Assembly: GCA_965279035.1 (NCBI GenBank)
Contig: OZ257142.1
Coordinates: 2,400,001-2,464,000, forward strand
Length of the DNA: 64,000 nt
Direction: 5' to 3'
Source of the DNA: Bacteroidia bacterium
GTDB lineage: Bacteria > Bacteroidota > Bacteroidia > M30B66
In this document: positions 44,855 through 54,182 of the stretch, piece after piece
Layout: each line of letters starts with the position of its first letter
Numbering within the stretch: position 1 is the first letter of the stretch
The notes under the pieces: generated by a model
What the model was told of the DNA's origin: nothing
The model's input: the letters and a program-made list of their open reading frames with translations, nothing else
Database searches by the model: none
Position numbers and translations under genes: made by a program

Positions 44855-47230
44855 TTAATTCGTGGCAATTTCAAATGAGATTGGATTGAGTTCGATGCTT
44901 AGTTTGGAGCCATTTACCGACAATTTGGAACCGAAGTTAGCTTTAAGCAGGTTGGCTTTGACATAAGAAGGAATTTCGATTTCGAGCTTTTGTGGTAGTC
45001 CGGAACGATTAAGAAAAAGGATTGCAGCTTGATCGAAATATTGACGTAGAATCACTAAATGATCTTTCCCAGCACTTAAAATTCGGGTATCTCCATAGCT
45101 GAGTGCTAAAGATGAACCACGCAATTTTCCGAGTTGAGCTGTTACTTTTTTAACTGATTCTTCTTCGGGAGAAAGTCCTGTAAAACGCATCATACGACGG
45201 TTATCCGGATCGTTTGCGCCTGGCATTCCGATTTCATCGCCATAATAGATGATTGGAATACCCGGAATACTCATGATAAAAGCATTGAGCATTTTCAAAC
45301 GTGCATATCCTCGCGGATCTTCCACTTTGATTTCACGCGACCAACCAGCTTCTTTCTCATCTTCACCCGGACGTTGTGATCCGCCAGCATAGTATAGAAA
45401 ACGAGGCATGTCGTGGTTTCCGGTAATGTTGCCCATCAAGGAATGACTTCCATTATACAAGGAAGATTCGTTTAGTGATTCTGCTACATTTTGGAACGAA
45501 AGATTCTCGCCAGCAAAAACGTTACGCGCATCGAAATACAAATTGAAATCGAACTGCGCATCTAACATTCCGCTACCAATGTAACTACCAATCAATTCGC
45601 GGCTTCCAAAGGTTTCACCAATCTGATACACATTGCGTTTTTCGCCTGTGATAACTTGATTTTTAATCTTCTTGGTAAGTGCTCTCCAGAATGTTTCCGA
45701 AACGTGTTTGGTAGCATCGTGACGGAATCCATCGATTTTAAATTTCTTCAACCAATACACTGCCGAATCCGAAAAAGCATCGACTGCTTCGGGTTTGTCG
45801 TAATTGATATCGGGCATAAAATCATCGAACCAAGTGGTCAAGCGTTGTGCATCCCAAATGCGAATGTTGACGGTACTATCCGCCAGGTACATCGAATTAA
45901 ACCAATCGGGATGTTGTTTGTAGAGTGGATTTTCTTTGTGGATGTGATTGGAAACGAAATCCATCACGACATTCATATTGTTAGCATGCGCTGTATTGAC
46001 AAGCTCTTCGAGCACAGCATCGGTTCCAAAACGGGTGTCAACTTTTGTTTCGAGCACTGGCCAATACCCGTGATAACCTGAGAACCAGCGCCTAGGCTTT
46101 GGGTATTCCTGCCAAGCTCCTTGCGGATTTTGTACAATTGGAGAAACCCAAAGTGTGTTGATGCCTAAACTTTTAAAATATCCGTCTTTAATTTTTTGAG
46201 TAATACCTGCAAGATCACCACCTTGATAATTGGCTTTGAAATCGATGCGAGGATCATCAACCGGTTTATCATTGAGCGAATCGCCATTGTTGAAACGATC
46301 GACCATCATGAAATACAAAATCGAAGTATGAAAATCGTCTCGTTTTAGTTGAGCAGTTTGAGTTGGAACGGCACCTTTTACTAATGGTATCAACAAATCG
46401 TTGCCTGCACCATTTTCGTTATAGCCCCAAACACGTAAGGTAGAAACATCTAATGAAGCTGCTTCTTTGGGAAGTGTAATGATGAGTTTGTTTCCTTCCG
46501 ATTTGAGCATTTCGGCAGGTAGGCGATAGTTTTCCCACACCACGAAATACTCTTTTACACCTTGTTCAGCAGCGATAGTAACTGTTCCATCGGTGTGAGC
46601 TTCAGTATGGAGGATTGGCGCTTTATCTAGCTTTCCGGCTGAGATTTTCATCACCGAATTCATCCCGCCCATTCCGTTCGGTTTGGTTTCGGTCTCGTTT
46701 GGATCGAGCATCCATTTGCCATCTGCAACTATCTGGTAGCTATAATTTCCCGGATTGAGTAGCATGCTTTTTTGCCATTTCCCATTTTCGAGCGTTAGCT
46801 GAGTCTGATCTGGTTGCCAGTTATTGATATCACCAGCAATTTGTACAGATTTATAAGTCGCGCCTTTAGGATCAAAGGAGAAGACAAATTTTTGCTTAAC
46901 CGATCGTTTCAGGATGAGTGAATACACATCGCCCTTGGACCAAATACGTAATTCGGAAATGGGTTGAACGGTAGCCGCATCCACGACTAGCGCTAGTTTT
47001 TCTTTATTGGCTGATAGTGTCGCTTTTACGCCAGTTATAGCCGAAACGGAATCGATTTGAGTTACATCAACCAAGTAGTCTTGCAGCAGAATTGTGCCCG
47101 TATCGATTGGTAATGTTAGTGGAGCCGCGATTCCAACCATAGCTGGTTCTACAGGAATATGGAAGCCATTTTTACCCGAACAGGCTGCTAATAGTATAAC
47201 GAATGGCAAATAAACAATACGATGTATCAT
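44855..47230 (-). CDS. GH13 alpha-amylase lipoprotein with a CBM48/AMPK-type glycogen-binding domain
   Basis: Lipobox LLAAC; VQIAGDINNW...YQIVADGKWMLDP; DFVSNH, GFRHDATKH, IGETF and GNHDMPR motifs. Confidence 0.9.
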   Translation of the reverse strand: MIHRIVYLPFVILLAACSGKNGFHIPVEPAMVGIAAPLTLPIDTGTILLQDYLVDVTQIDSVSAITGVKATLSANKEKLALVVDAATVQPISELRIWSKGDVYSLILKRSVKQKFVFSFDPKGATYKSVQIAGDINNWQPDQTQLTLENGKWQKSMLLNPGNYSYQIVADGKWMLDPNETETKPNGMGGMNSVMKISAGKLDKAPILHTEAHTDGTVTIAAEQGVKEYFVVWENYRLPAEMLKSEGNKLIITLPKEAASLDVSTLRVWGYNENGAGNDLLIPLVKGAVPTQTAQLKRDDFHTSILYFMMVDRFNNGDSLNDKPVDDPRIDFKANYQGGDLAGITQKIKDGYFKSLGINTLWVSPIVQNPQGAWQEYPKPRRWFSGYHGYWPVLETKVDTRFGTDAVLEELVNTAHANNMNVVMDFVSNHIHKENPLYKQHPDWFNSMYLADSTVNIRIWDAQRLTTWFDDFMPDINYDKPEAVDAFSDSAVYWLKKFKIDGFRHDATKHVSETFWRALTKKIKNQVITGEKRNVYQIGETFGSRELIGSYIGSGMLDAQFDFNLYFDARNVFAGENLSFQNVAESLNESSLYNGSHSLMGNITGNHDMPRFLYYAGGSQRPGEDEKEAGWSREIKVEDPRGYARLKMLNAFIMSIPGIPIIYYGDEIGMPGANDPDNRRMMRFTGLSPEEESVKKVTAQLGKLRGSSLALSYGDTRILSAGKDHLVILRQYFDQAAILFLNRSGLPQKLEIEIPSYVKANLLKANFGSKLSVNGSKLSIELNPISFEIATN

Positions 47231-47239
47231 AAGCGGTGA

Positions 47240-49663
47240 TTACCAAGTGATTTGAACTTCGCCCAATTGAGCAGGAAGTTCGATATACGGTAGATTTTTA
47301 ACCTGAATCGGATCTTGTGGCGGAACATGATAGGGATCGAAATCAGATATCGGCTCGACGAATCGGTAGTTTTGACTACTAACTGCCACTTCCTTTCCGT
47401 TTACAAGTAGTTTAGGTTGATTTGAGTTTTGTCCGTGCAGGTATAATTTCCAGGTTTTGATAGGTGAATGGAAGTTACCTTGACTAGCTCCAATCTGAAG
47501 TGAATTGCCGTTTAGCAAGAATTCACGGGTTGAGCTTTTGCCTTGTGCATATTCATACGTTGCACCATCATCTTCATACTGAACAAAACGAGTTGAAGCA
47601 CCCGGATATACATGAATTTCGAGTGTTTCGGCTGCTTTTTCCTTCATCAAACTCGTCACAGAATCCTGCATCAACAGTATGCTTCCAGCCTTCACATATA
47701 ATGGAAGTGTTTCCATTCCAGCTTCGAGCACCAATTCTACTCCACCCGCTTGAACTGCATCGTTGTAAATGTTGTACCATGTTCCCTCAGGGAAATAAGC
47801 CTTGTTATGAAGTTTGGTACTTTCACATGGAATGACCAAAATAGAAGCTCCGAACAAGTATTGATTCTGATAAGGATCACGGTAGATTTTAGCATCGTTC
47901 GTGTAATCGATTGCTAAAGAACGTGCTACCGGAATTCCTGTTTGAGAAGTTTCGTAAAACGAGGAATAGATATAGGGCATGAGTCGGTAGCGAAGCTTGA
48001 TGTAATTACGCGACACATCTTCTACCGCTTCACCAAATGACCAAGGCTCCGAATCGCGGCTGTTAACCATCGAATGCGAACGGAAGAAAGGTGAAAATGC
48101 ACCAAGGGCAATCCAACGAGCAAAAAGTTCTGGTGTAGCTTCTCCGGCAAATCCTCCAACATCGTAACCAGCGAATGCAACACCTGTCAAGCCCATACTG
48201 TTCACCAATCGAACGCCAGCTAACATGTGATCATCGGTACTAACATTATCGCCTGTCCACACCGCAGCGTGACGTTGAATTCCGCTGTATCCGGCACGTG
48301 TTAAAACAAACGGACGTTTCCCTTTCATGAGATTTTTCCCTCCTTCTTGCGTGCTACGAGCCATCTGCATTCCGTAAACGTTACGGGCTTTTTTATGCGT
48401 AGCACCTTCACCTTCGTAATCGAATTCAATTAGATCGGGAAGATGTTGTCCCCAAGCTGCTGGTTCATTCATATCGTTCCAGAAACCTTCTACTCCCACG
48501 TCTGTAATGGCATGCATTTTTTCTGCCCACCAAGTCCGAGCTTCTTCCTTCGTAAAATCAGGGAAAGCACTCCAACCTGGCCATACTTGTCCGTTGTATT
48601 CAGCGCCATCGGGATATTTCACGAACATGTCCAGCTTTTTGCCTTCATCGTATGCGTGATATCCGGGTTCTTTCTTAATACCCGGATCGAGAATTACCAC
48701 TACGTTGAATCCCATTTCCTTTAGCTCTTTCAACAAACCTTTGGGATCGGGAAAACGTGTAGGATGCCAAGTGAAAACTTTATAGGCTTCCATGTAGTGA
48801 ATATCGAGGTAAAGAACATCCGCAGGAATATCCTTCTCACGGAACGTACGCGCGGCATTGAGCACTTCTGGATACGGATAGTAGCTATAACGACATTGTT
48901 GAAAACCAAGGCTCCAAAGTGGAGGCATTTCCATTCTGCCGGTAAGCCAAGTATAGCGTTCAATGATGCCCGCAACTGTTGGTTGGTGGATGATGTAGTA
49001 ATTCATCTCCCCATCTTCGGCTTGGAAATACGAAAAACGATCGTTGGAGCAACCGAAGTTAAACGTGGTTTTGTGCGTATTATCAAAGAAAATCCCATAA
49101 GGACGACCTTCTACAATGCCCATATAAAACGGAGTACTCAAGTAAAGAGGATCACCATCGGTTGGATAAGCAAAATTATCGGTGTTCCAGTTAACGTAGG
49201 TTTTTCCACGGCGGTCGAGGTTACCAGTCTTCTCCCCTAGTCCGATAAAGCGCTCATCGGGTTGAAGTTGTTTATAGGTCGTGACTTCATTGGCTAACCA
49301 ACTAGTACCAAATGCAGGATCATCGGCAGTGAGGATTTTCCCATCCAAGGTATAAGCTGAAATTCGGAAAGGTGCTTTGCTGATGCGGATTTCGAGTGCA
49401 TGCGTTTTAAGAGAAAAGCCAGAAGCTGATTCACTAAAATCGAATGGTGTTGCTTGAGGTTCGTTAATTACAGCGTACGAAAATCCACTGAAGTTGCAGT
49501 CGTTCTTGGCTATCCGAACTCGAATAATTGCGTGATCGTAAACGCTTATGCGAATGTGAGCATTGCTTGTGTTGAATGTGATTTCTTGATTCGTAACCGA
49601 ATGACTGAGATAGTCGGAAACGGCCTCGTTAAAAGTTCCTCCTTGACGGTGCTGTAGCGCCAT
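47240..49663 (-). CDS. GH31 alpha-glucosidase, no signal peptide
   Basis: GLGEK, LDIHYM, WNDMNEP, WTGDN and GYDVGGF motifs. Confidence 0.92.
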   Translation of the reverse strand: MALQHRQGGTFNEAVSDYLSHSVTNQEITFNTSNAHIRISVYDHAIIRVRIAKNDCNFSGFSYAVINEPQATPFDFSESASGFSLKTHALEIRISKAPFRISAYTLDGKILTADDPAFGTSWLANEVTTYKQLQPDERFIGLGEKTGNLDRRGKTYVNWNTDNFAYPTDGDPLYLSTPFYMGIVEGRPYGIFFDNTHKTTFNFGCSNDRFSYFQAEDGEMNYYIIHQPTVAGIIERYTWLTGRMEMPPLWSLGFQQCRYSYYPYPEVLNAARTFREKDIPADVLYLDIHYMEAYKVFTWHPTRFPDPKGLLKELKEMGFNVVVILDPGIKKEPGYHAYDEGKKLDMFVKYPDGAEYNGQVWPGWSAFPDFTKEEARTWWAEKMHAITDVGVEGFWNDMNEPAAWGQHLPDLIEFDYEGEGATHKKARNVYGMQMARSTQEGGKNLMKGKRPFVLTRAGYSGIQRHAAVWTGDNVSTDDHMLAGVRLVNSMGLTGVAFAGYDVGGFAGEATPELFARWIALGAFSPFFRSHSMVNSRDSEPWSFGEAVEDVSRNYIKLRYRLMPYIYSSFYETSQTGIPVARSLAIDYTNDAKIYRDPYQNQYLFGASILVIPCESTKLHNKAYFPEGTWYNIYNDAVQAGGVELVLEAGMETLPLYVKAGSILLMQDSVTSLMKEKAAETLEIHVYPGASTRFVQYEDDGATYEYAQGKSSTREFLLNGNSLQIGASQGNFHSPIKTWKLYLHGQNSNQPKLLVNGKEVAVSSQNYRFVEPISDFDPYHVPPQDPIQVKNLPYIELPAQLGEVQITW

Positions 49664-49680
49664 GTATGTGATTTCTTAGC

Positions 49681-50544
49681 TTATTTTTTAGCAAAATGTT
49701 GTTTCATGTGGTAGTTCACCAAACCGTAAATAGGCTTTTTGATGATGGTTCCTACCTGAATGCCCATATTTGATCCAACACGGCGCACATTATCTTCGAA
49801 ATGATAGGCAATTGAACCAATCAAATGAACTGGAACACGTTGGTAATTCTTGTAACAAGCGATGCTGCTCGTAAAGAAATCCTCCATGCCTTTATCTACT
49901 AATTTCTGAACCCAATCCAATTGTTTATTGTCGGATAAAACCTTCATAAACGAAGCTAGATATACATTTGCATGAGGTTTCATGTAGACGTTTTCTACGA
50001 TAATGTCGCGACTTAACTTGAAATCGTTCGCGAGAACGTTGTGGATTTCATCAGGTAAACTATTGGAAAGGAACTTCTTACACAGGATTTTACCATAGTA
50101 AGAACCGCTTCCTTCATCACCTAGAATATAACCGAGACCGAGTCCGCTGTTGGCTTGTTTCACGATATCACCATCGAAGTAGCAGGAATTGGAACCTGTC
50201 CCAAGAATTCCTGTAATGGCAGGATTTTCATCCCAAGTAGCGAAAGCAGCACCCACAAGATCGTGGTCGACATAGATATTCGCATTAACGAAAACCGATC
50301 GTAAAGCACGTTCAACAACCAGTTTTAATTCTTTACTGGAGCAACCAGCACTGTATAAAAACAACATGGTTACTTGTGGAGCCAATTCGCATAAACCAGT
50401 ATTCTGGCGGATGGCATTGGAGATAACCGCTTCGTTGTGGAAATAAGGATTGAATCCCATGGTGCTGAAACTTTGTGCCTCCTCGTTTTCTTTGAGAAGC
50501 ATCCAGTCGCACTTAGTAGATCCGCTATCGGCAATGAGTAGCAT
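49681..50544 (-). CDS. BadF/BadG/BcrA/BcrD-family sugar kinase (GlcNAc-kinase-like)
   Basis: LIADSGSTKCDW, GILGTGSNS and GYILGDEGSG motifs. Confidence 0.88.
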   Translation of the reverse strand: MLLIADSGSTKCDWMLLKENEEAQSFSTMGFNPYFHNEAVISNAIRQNTGLCELAPQVTMLFLYSAGCSSKELKLVVERALRSVFVNANIYVDHDLVGAAFATWDENPAITGILGTGSNSCYFDGDIVKQANSGLGLGYILGDEGSGSYYGKILCKKFLSNSLPDEIHNVLANDFKLSRDIIVENVYMKPHANVYLASFMKVLSDNKQLDWVQKLVDKGMEDFFTSSIACYKNYQRVPVHLIGSIAYHFEDNVRRVGSNMGIQVGTIIKKPIYGLVNYHMKQHFAKK

Positions 50545-50562
50545 AGGGTAATGTATTTAGGT

Positions 50563-52185
50563 TCAAAGTATAAAATCGGTCGACAAAAAATTAGACTTTC
50601 TGCCTTCGAGAATTTGAGTAAAAACGTGACGATTTTCTTCTGTGTCGCGCGTTGCAACCATGGTACGAATGGAGAAAACTCGTAGTGCATCAGTCACACT
50701 TAAGGTACCTTCGGCTGAGTCTTTTCGTCCATTAAATGGATAGTTATCGGGACCACGCTGACATTTAGTATTGATGTTAATCCGACAAACCTGATTAATC
50801 AGTGGATCAATCAATTGAGCGATTTCATCTGCATCATTACTGAAGATACTAACTTGTTGTCCGTAGTGGCTTTGTACAATGTATTCCACCGGTTCATCCA
50901 CCGAATCGAAAGCAATAACTGGAATGACAGGACCAAACTGTTCTTCCTGATATATACGCATGGTATTATTAACTGGGAAAAGCACGGTTGGAAAGTAAAA
51001 ACTAAGGTGACTTCTACCTCCACCTTCATTCAAAATGCTAGCACCTTTAGCTATTGCATCATCGACTAGTTCTTGCAAATAGGCCGGTTTACCTGGTTCG
51101 GGAAGTGGCGTGATATAGGCATCTTTTTCCCAAGGCATTCCAGCTTTTAGCAATTCTACTTTGAAGCACAATTGTTCTAGGAAAGCATCGACAATAGAAC
51201 GATGTACATAGATTAATTTAAGAGCAGTACAACGTTGACCATTAAATGCCAGAGCACCATTTAGGCATTCTGAAACGGCAATGTCCAAATTAGCATCGGG
51301 CAGAATGATAGCTGGATTTTTAGCATCTAATCCGAGAACCGAACGCAAGCGATTGGAATGAGGATGTTGTTTTTTGAGGATGTTTGCAACTTTGCTAGAA
51401 CCAATAAAGGCAAGAACATCTATTTTGCCCGTTTCCATGAGTGTTCCAGCGGTTTCTTTACCATCACCATAAATCACATTGATGACACCAGCAGGAAAAC
51501 ACGTTTTGAATGCTTCAAGTAAAGGATGGATGAGCAGGATTCCAAATTTAGCTGGACGAAAAATCACGGTATTTCCCATGATTAAGGCGGGAATTAGCGT
51601 GGCGAACGTTTCGTTTAAGGGATAATTATAAGGGCCCATACATAGCACCACTCCCAAAGGACCTCGCCGAACTTGAGCATAAATACCATGATGCAATTCG
51701 AGTCGTGATGTTTCGCGATCAAGATTTTTGACGGCATCAAGGGTATCTTCAATGTATTCGACAGTTCGATCGAATTCTACTTCTGAATCACTTTGATTTT
51801 TACCAATTTCGAACATCAGCCAACGTACAATCAGCTCCCGTTTTTCAATCATCTGACGAAGGAAATGTTCAATAGAAGCAATACGATCACGGACTTTTAG
51901 TGTAGGCCATTCACCTCGCCCCAAATTATACGCATTGAGCGCCGATTCGAGTACTTGTTGTATGTCATCTGGTCCCATTTCGGGATAGGAGCCTAAGCGT
52001 ATTTTTTCGAAAGAATCACCCTTTTGAACATAGATGGGCGAGTAAACATCTGTTTGCTTACCAGTCCATGGTTTTAGCTCACCATTACATAGAAATACAC
52101 GTTGATCGAGTACCTCGGGTTGAAGTCCGCTAGGTACCTGATTTACTTGGGGAAAAAGATCTATGTAAGAGCCGGTATGCAGCAT
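50563..52185 (-). CDS. gapN: Non-phosphorylating NADP-dependent glyceraldehyde-3-phosphate dehydrogenase
   Basis: ALDH fold with RRGPLGVVLCMGPYNYPLNE, FIGSS, LGLDAKNPA, FNGQRCTA, EEQFGP and CQRGPD.YPFNGRKDS; located in a glycolytic operon. Confidence 0.88.
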   Translation of the reverse strand: MLHTGSYIDLFPQVNQVPSGLQPEVLDQRVFLCNGELKPWTGKQTDVYSPIYVQKGDSFEKIRLGSYPEMGPDDIQQVLESALNAYNLGRGEWPTLKVRDRIASIEHFLRQMIEKRELIVRWLMFEIGKNQSDSEVEFDRTVEYIEDTLDAVKNLDRETSRLELHHGIYAQVRRGPLGVVLCMGPYNYPLNETFATLIPALIMGNTVIFRPAKFGILLIHPLLEAFKTCFPAGVINVIYGDGKETAGTLMETGKIDVLAFIGSSKVANILKKQHPHSNRLRSVLGLDAKNPAIILPDANLDIAVSECLNGALAFNGQRCTALKLIYVHRSIVDAFLEQLCFKVELLKAGMPWEKDAYITPLPEPGKPAYLQELVDDAIAKGASILNEGGGRSHLSFYFPTVLFPVNNTMRIYQEEQFGPVIPVIAFDSVDEPVEYIVQSHYGQQVSIFSNDADEIAQLIDPLINQVCRININTKCQRGPDNYPFNGRKDSAEGTLSVTDALRVFSIRTMVATRDTEENRHVFTQILEGRKSNFLSTDFIL

Positions 52186-52193
52186 GTTTTGTA

Positions 52194-53174
52194 TCAAACG
52201 GAAAGAATCGCAGCAATACGCAGCAGTTCGTTTTCGAAGTTATTTACGTTTTTAGTAGCCTGATCGAAGGCCGTAAATTTAACTTGATTATTGACAATGC
52301 CTATCATCACTCCTGATTTGCCTTCTAACAGACTTTCAACAGCTACAACTCCCATCCTACTTGCTAAAACACGATCGGCAACTGTAGGTGAACCGCCCCG
52401 TTGAACGTGACCGAGTATGGTAACTTTGGTATCGTAATGGGCAAAACGATCAGTAACTTGTTTGGCAATATCCATCGATCGTCCTGGTTTTCCGGCCTCG
52501 GCAACTACAACCAAACTGGATGATTTTTTTCCAACAGCTCCAATTTCGAGTAATTTAATTAGACCGTCAATATCGAGTGGACGTTCTGGTATCATAGTAG
52601 CTTCGGCGCCTGCAGCGATGGAGCTTTGCATGGCAATCATTCCAGAATCACGCCCCATCACTTCGATAAAAAACAATCGATTATGGGAAGATGCAGTATC
52701 GCGTACTTTATCAATTGCTGAACAAGCTGTATTTACAGCGGTGTCGTAACCGATGGTGAAATCTGTTCCATTCACATCATTATCAATGGTACCAGGTAAA
52801 CCTACTACTGGAATTCCGTATTCTTTAGAAAAAATTTCCGCACCTCGAAATGTACCATCGCCACCAATGGCAACCAATGCATCTACCTCAAATGATTTTA
52901 GATTATCGTAAGCTTTTTTCCGTCCTTCAGGAGTCATAAACTCCATGCTGCGTGCAGTTTTGAGGATAGTTCCGCCACGTTGGATAATATTAGAAACCGA
53001 ACGACTATCGAGTACTTTGATATCGCCCGAAATCATTCCATCATAGCCTCGGTAAATTCCAACGGGAGTTAATTTGTAAAAGATACATGCCCGAACAACG
53101 GCACGAATAGCAGCATTCATTCCGGGAGCATCACCACCTGAGGTAAAAATTCCTATGCGTTGAATCTTGGACAT
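52194..53174 (-). CDS. pfkA: ATP-dependent 6-phosphofructokinase
   Basis: TSGGDAPGMN, IGGDGT, PGTIDND, EVMGR and LGHVQRGG motifs. Confidence 0.97.
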   Translation of the reverse strand: MSKIQRIGIFTSGGDAPGMNAAIRAVVRACIFYKLTPVGIYRGYDGMISGDIKVLDSRSVSNIIQRGGTILKTARSMEFMTPEGRKKAYDNLKSFEVDALVAIGGDGTFRGAEIFSKEYGIPVVGLPGTIDNDVNGTDFTIGYDTAVNTACSAIDKVRDTASSHNRLFFIEVMGRDSGMIAMQSSIAAGAEATMIPERPLDIDGLIKLLEIGAVGKKSSSLVVVAEAGKPGRSMDIAKQVTDRFAHYDTKVTILGHVQRGGSPTVADRVLASRMGVVAVESLLEGKSGVMIGIVNNQVKFTAFDQATKNVNNFENELLRIAAILSV

Positions 53175-53196
53175 AGTCTTAAATAATTGGCTAAAT

Positions 53197-53217
53197 TAAG
53201 TGTTATAATGACACTTA
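53197..53217. promoter_or_regulatory. Putative NrtR-family operator 1 (pfkA operon)
   Basis: TAAGTGT-TATAATG-ACACTTA, perfect 7-bp arms, 22 nt upstream of pfkA. Confidence 0.75.
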
Positions 53218-53319
53218 GTTTCTTAGTAAGTGAAAATTATCAACATCTGTACTCATTTGTGGCTTGCAAGATGGAAAAAAATTGTGATAGAACCTGCAAT
53301 TATCTAAGTAAGTAGCTGT

Positions 53320-53340
53320 ATGGTGTATCATTGACACAAT
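53320..53340. promoter_or_regulatory. Putative NrtR-family operator 2 (autoregulation)
   Basis: ATGGTGT-ATCATTG-ACACAAT upstream of the regulator. Confidence 0.65.
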
Positions 53341-53374
53341 TCATCATAAAACAGTATATTTACCCACCTTTTCA

Positions 53375-54145
53375 ATGAATTTGCTACACTCTATGCCGAC
53401 GGCCGTAACTCGTACCGCTCAGCTTAATCCGCACGTTTCAGTAGACTGCGTCATATTTGGTTTTGACGAAGGGGAACTGAAAGTGCTGTTGATCGAACGC
53501 GACCTTGACATCACGGATCAGCGAACCCGTAAATTTTCTTTACCGGGCAACCTGATTGACGATAATGAAGATTTAGATACTTCTGCTAAACGAATATTAA
53601 AAGAGCTCACCAGTTTGGATAATATTTTCTTGGAGCAGTTTTATGCTTTTGGAGATCCCAATCGGGTAAAAAACAGTTCCGATGTGCAATGGTTAAATGC
53701 TGTTCGGGATGTTCCAACAGCTCGTGTAATTACAGTTGCCTATTATTCTTTGGTGAAAATTGGTGATTACCAACCATCAGCTGCATCCTTTGCACGTAAG
53801 GCTTTTTGGTGCCCTGTTTCTCAAGTTCCTGAATTGGCTTTCGATCATAATCAGATATTCAATCAGGCATTACTAAGTTTGAAAACCAAGCTTCGTATTC
53901 AACCCATTGGATTTGAGTTATTACCAGATAAATTTAGTTTAGGACAATTGCAGAAAGTGTATGAAACAATATTAGGTACAACACTCGATAAGCGTAACTT
54001 CCGCCGCAAAATTCTCAACAAAGGATTCCTTAAAGCTTTACAAGAAAAGCAGAAAGGTGTACCACACAAACGAGCTCGATTATTTGAGTTTGACAAAGAA
54101 GCATACGACCGACTCAAGGCCGATAAATTTTACTTCGAATTCTAA
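53375..54145 (+). CDS. NrtR/AraR-type transcriptional regulator (Nudix-like domain plus wHTH)
   Basis: SVDCVIFGFD..LKVLLIER, FLEQFYAFGDPNR, LAFDH, LLPDKFSL.QLQ.VYE.ILG and DKRNFRRK motifs. Confidence 0.92.
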   Translation: MNLLHSMPTAVTRTAQLNPHVSVDCVIFGFDEGELKVLLIERDLDITDQRTRKFSLPGNLIDDNEDLDTSAKRILKELTSLDNIFLEQFYAFGDPNRVKNSSDVQWLNAVRDVPTARVITVAYYSLVKIGDYQPSAASFARKAFWCPVSQVPELAFDHNQIFNQALLSLKTKLRIQPIGFELLPDKFSLGQLQKVYETILGTTLDKRNFRRKILNKGFLKALQEKQKGVPHKRARLFEFDKEAYDRLKADKFYFEF

Positions 54146-54150
54146 TAAAT

Positions 54151-54182
54151 ATCCCCGACTCGATCAGTCGGGGATTTTTTTT
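54151..54182. terminator. Terminator between the regulator and the T9SS gene
   Basis: atccccgact-cgatc-agtcggggattttttt. Confidence 0.8.
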
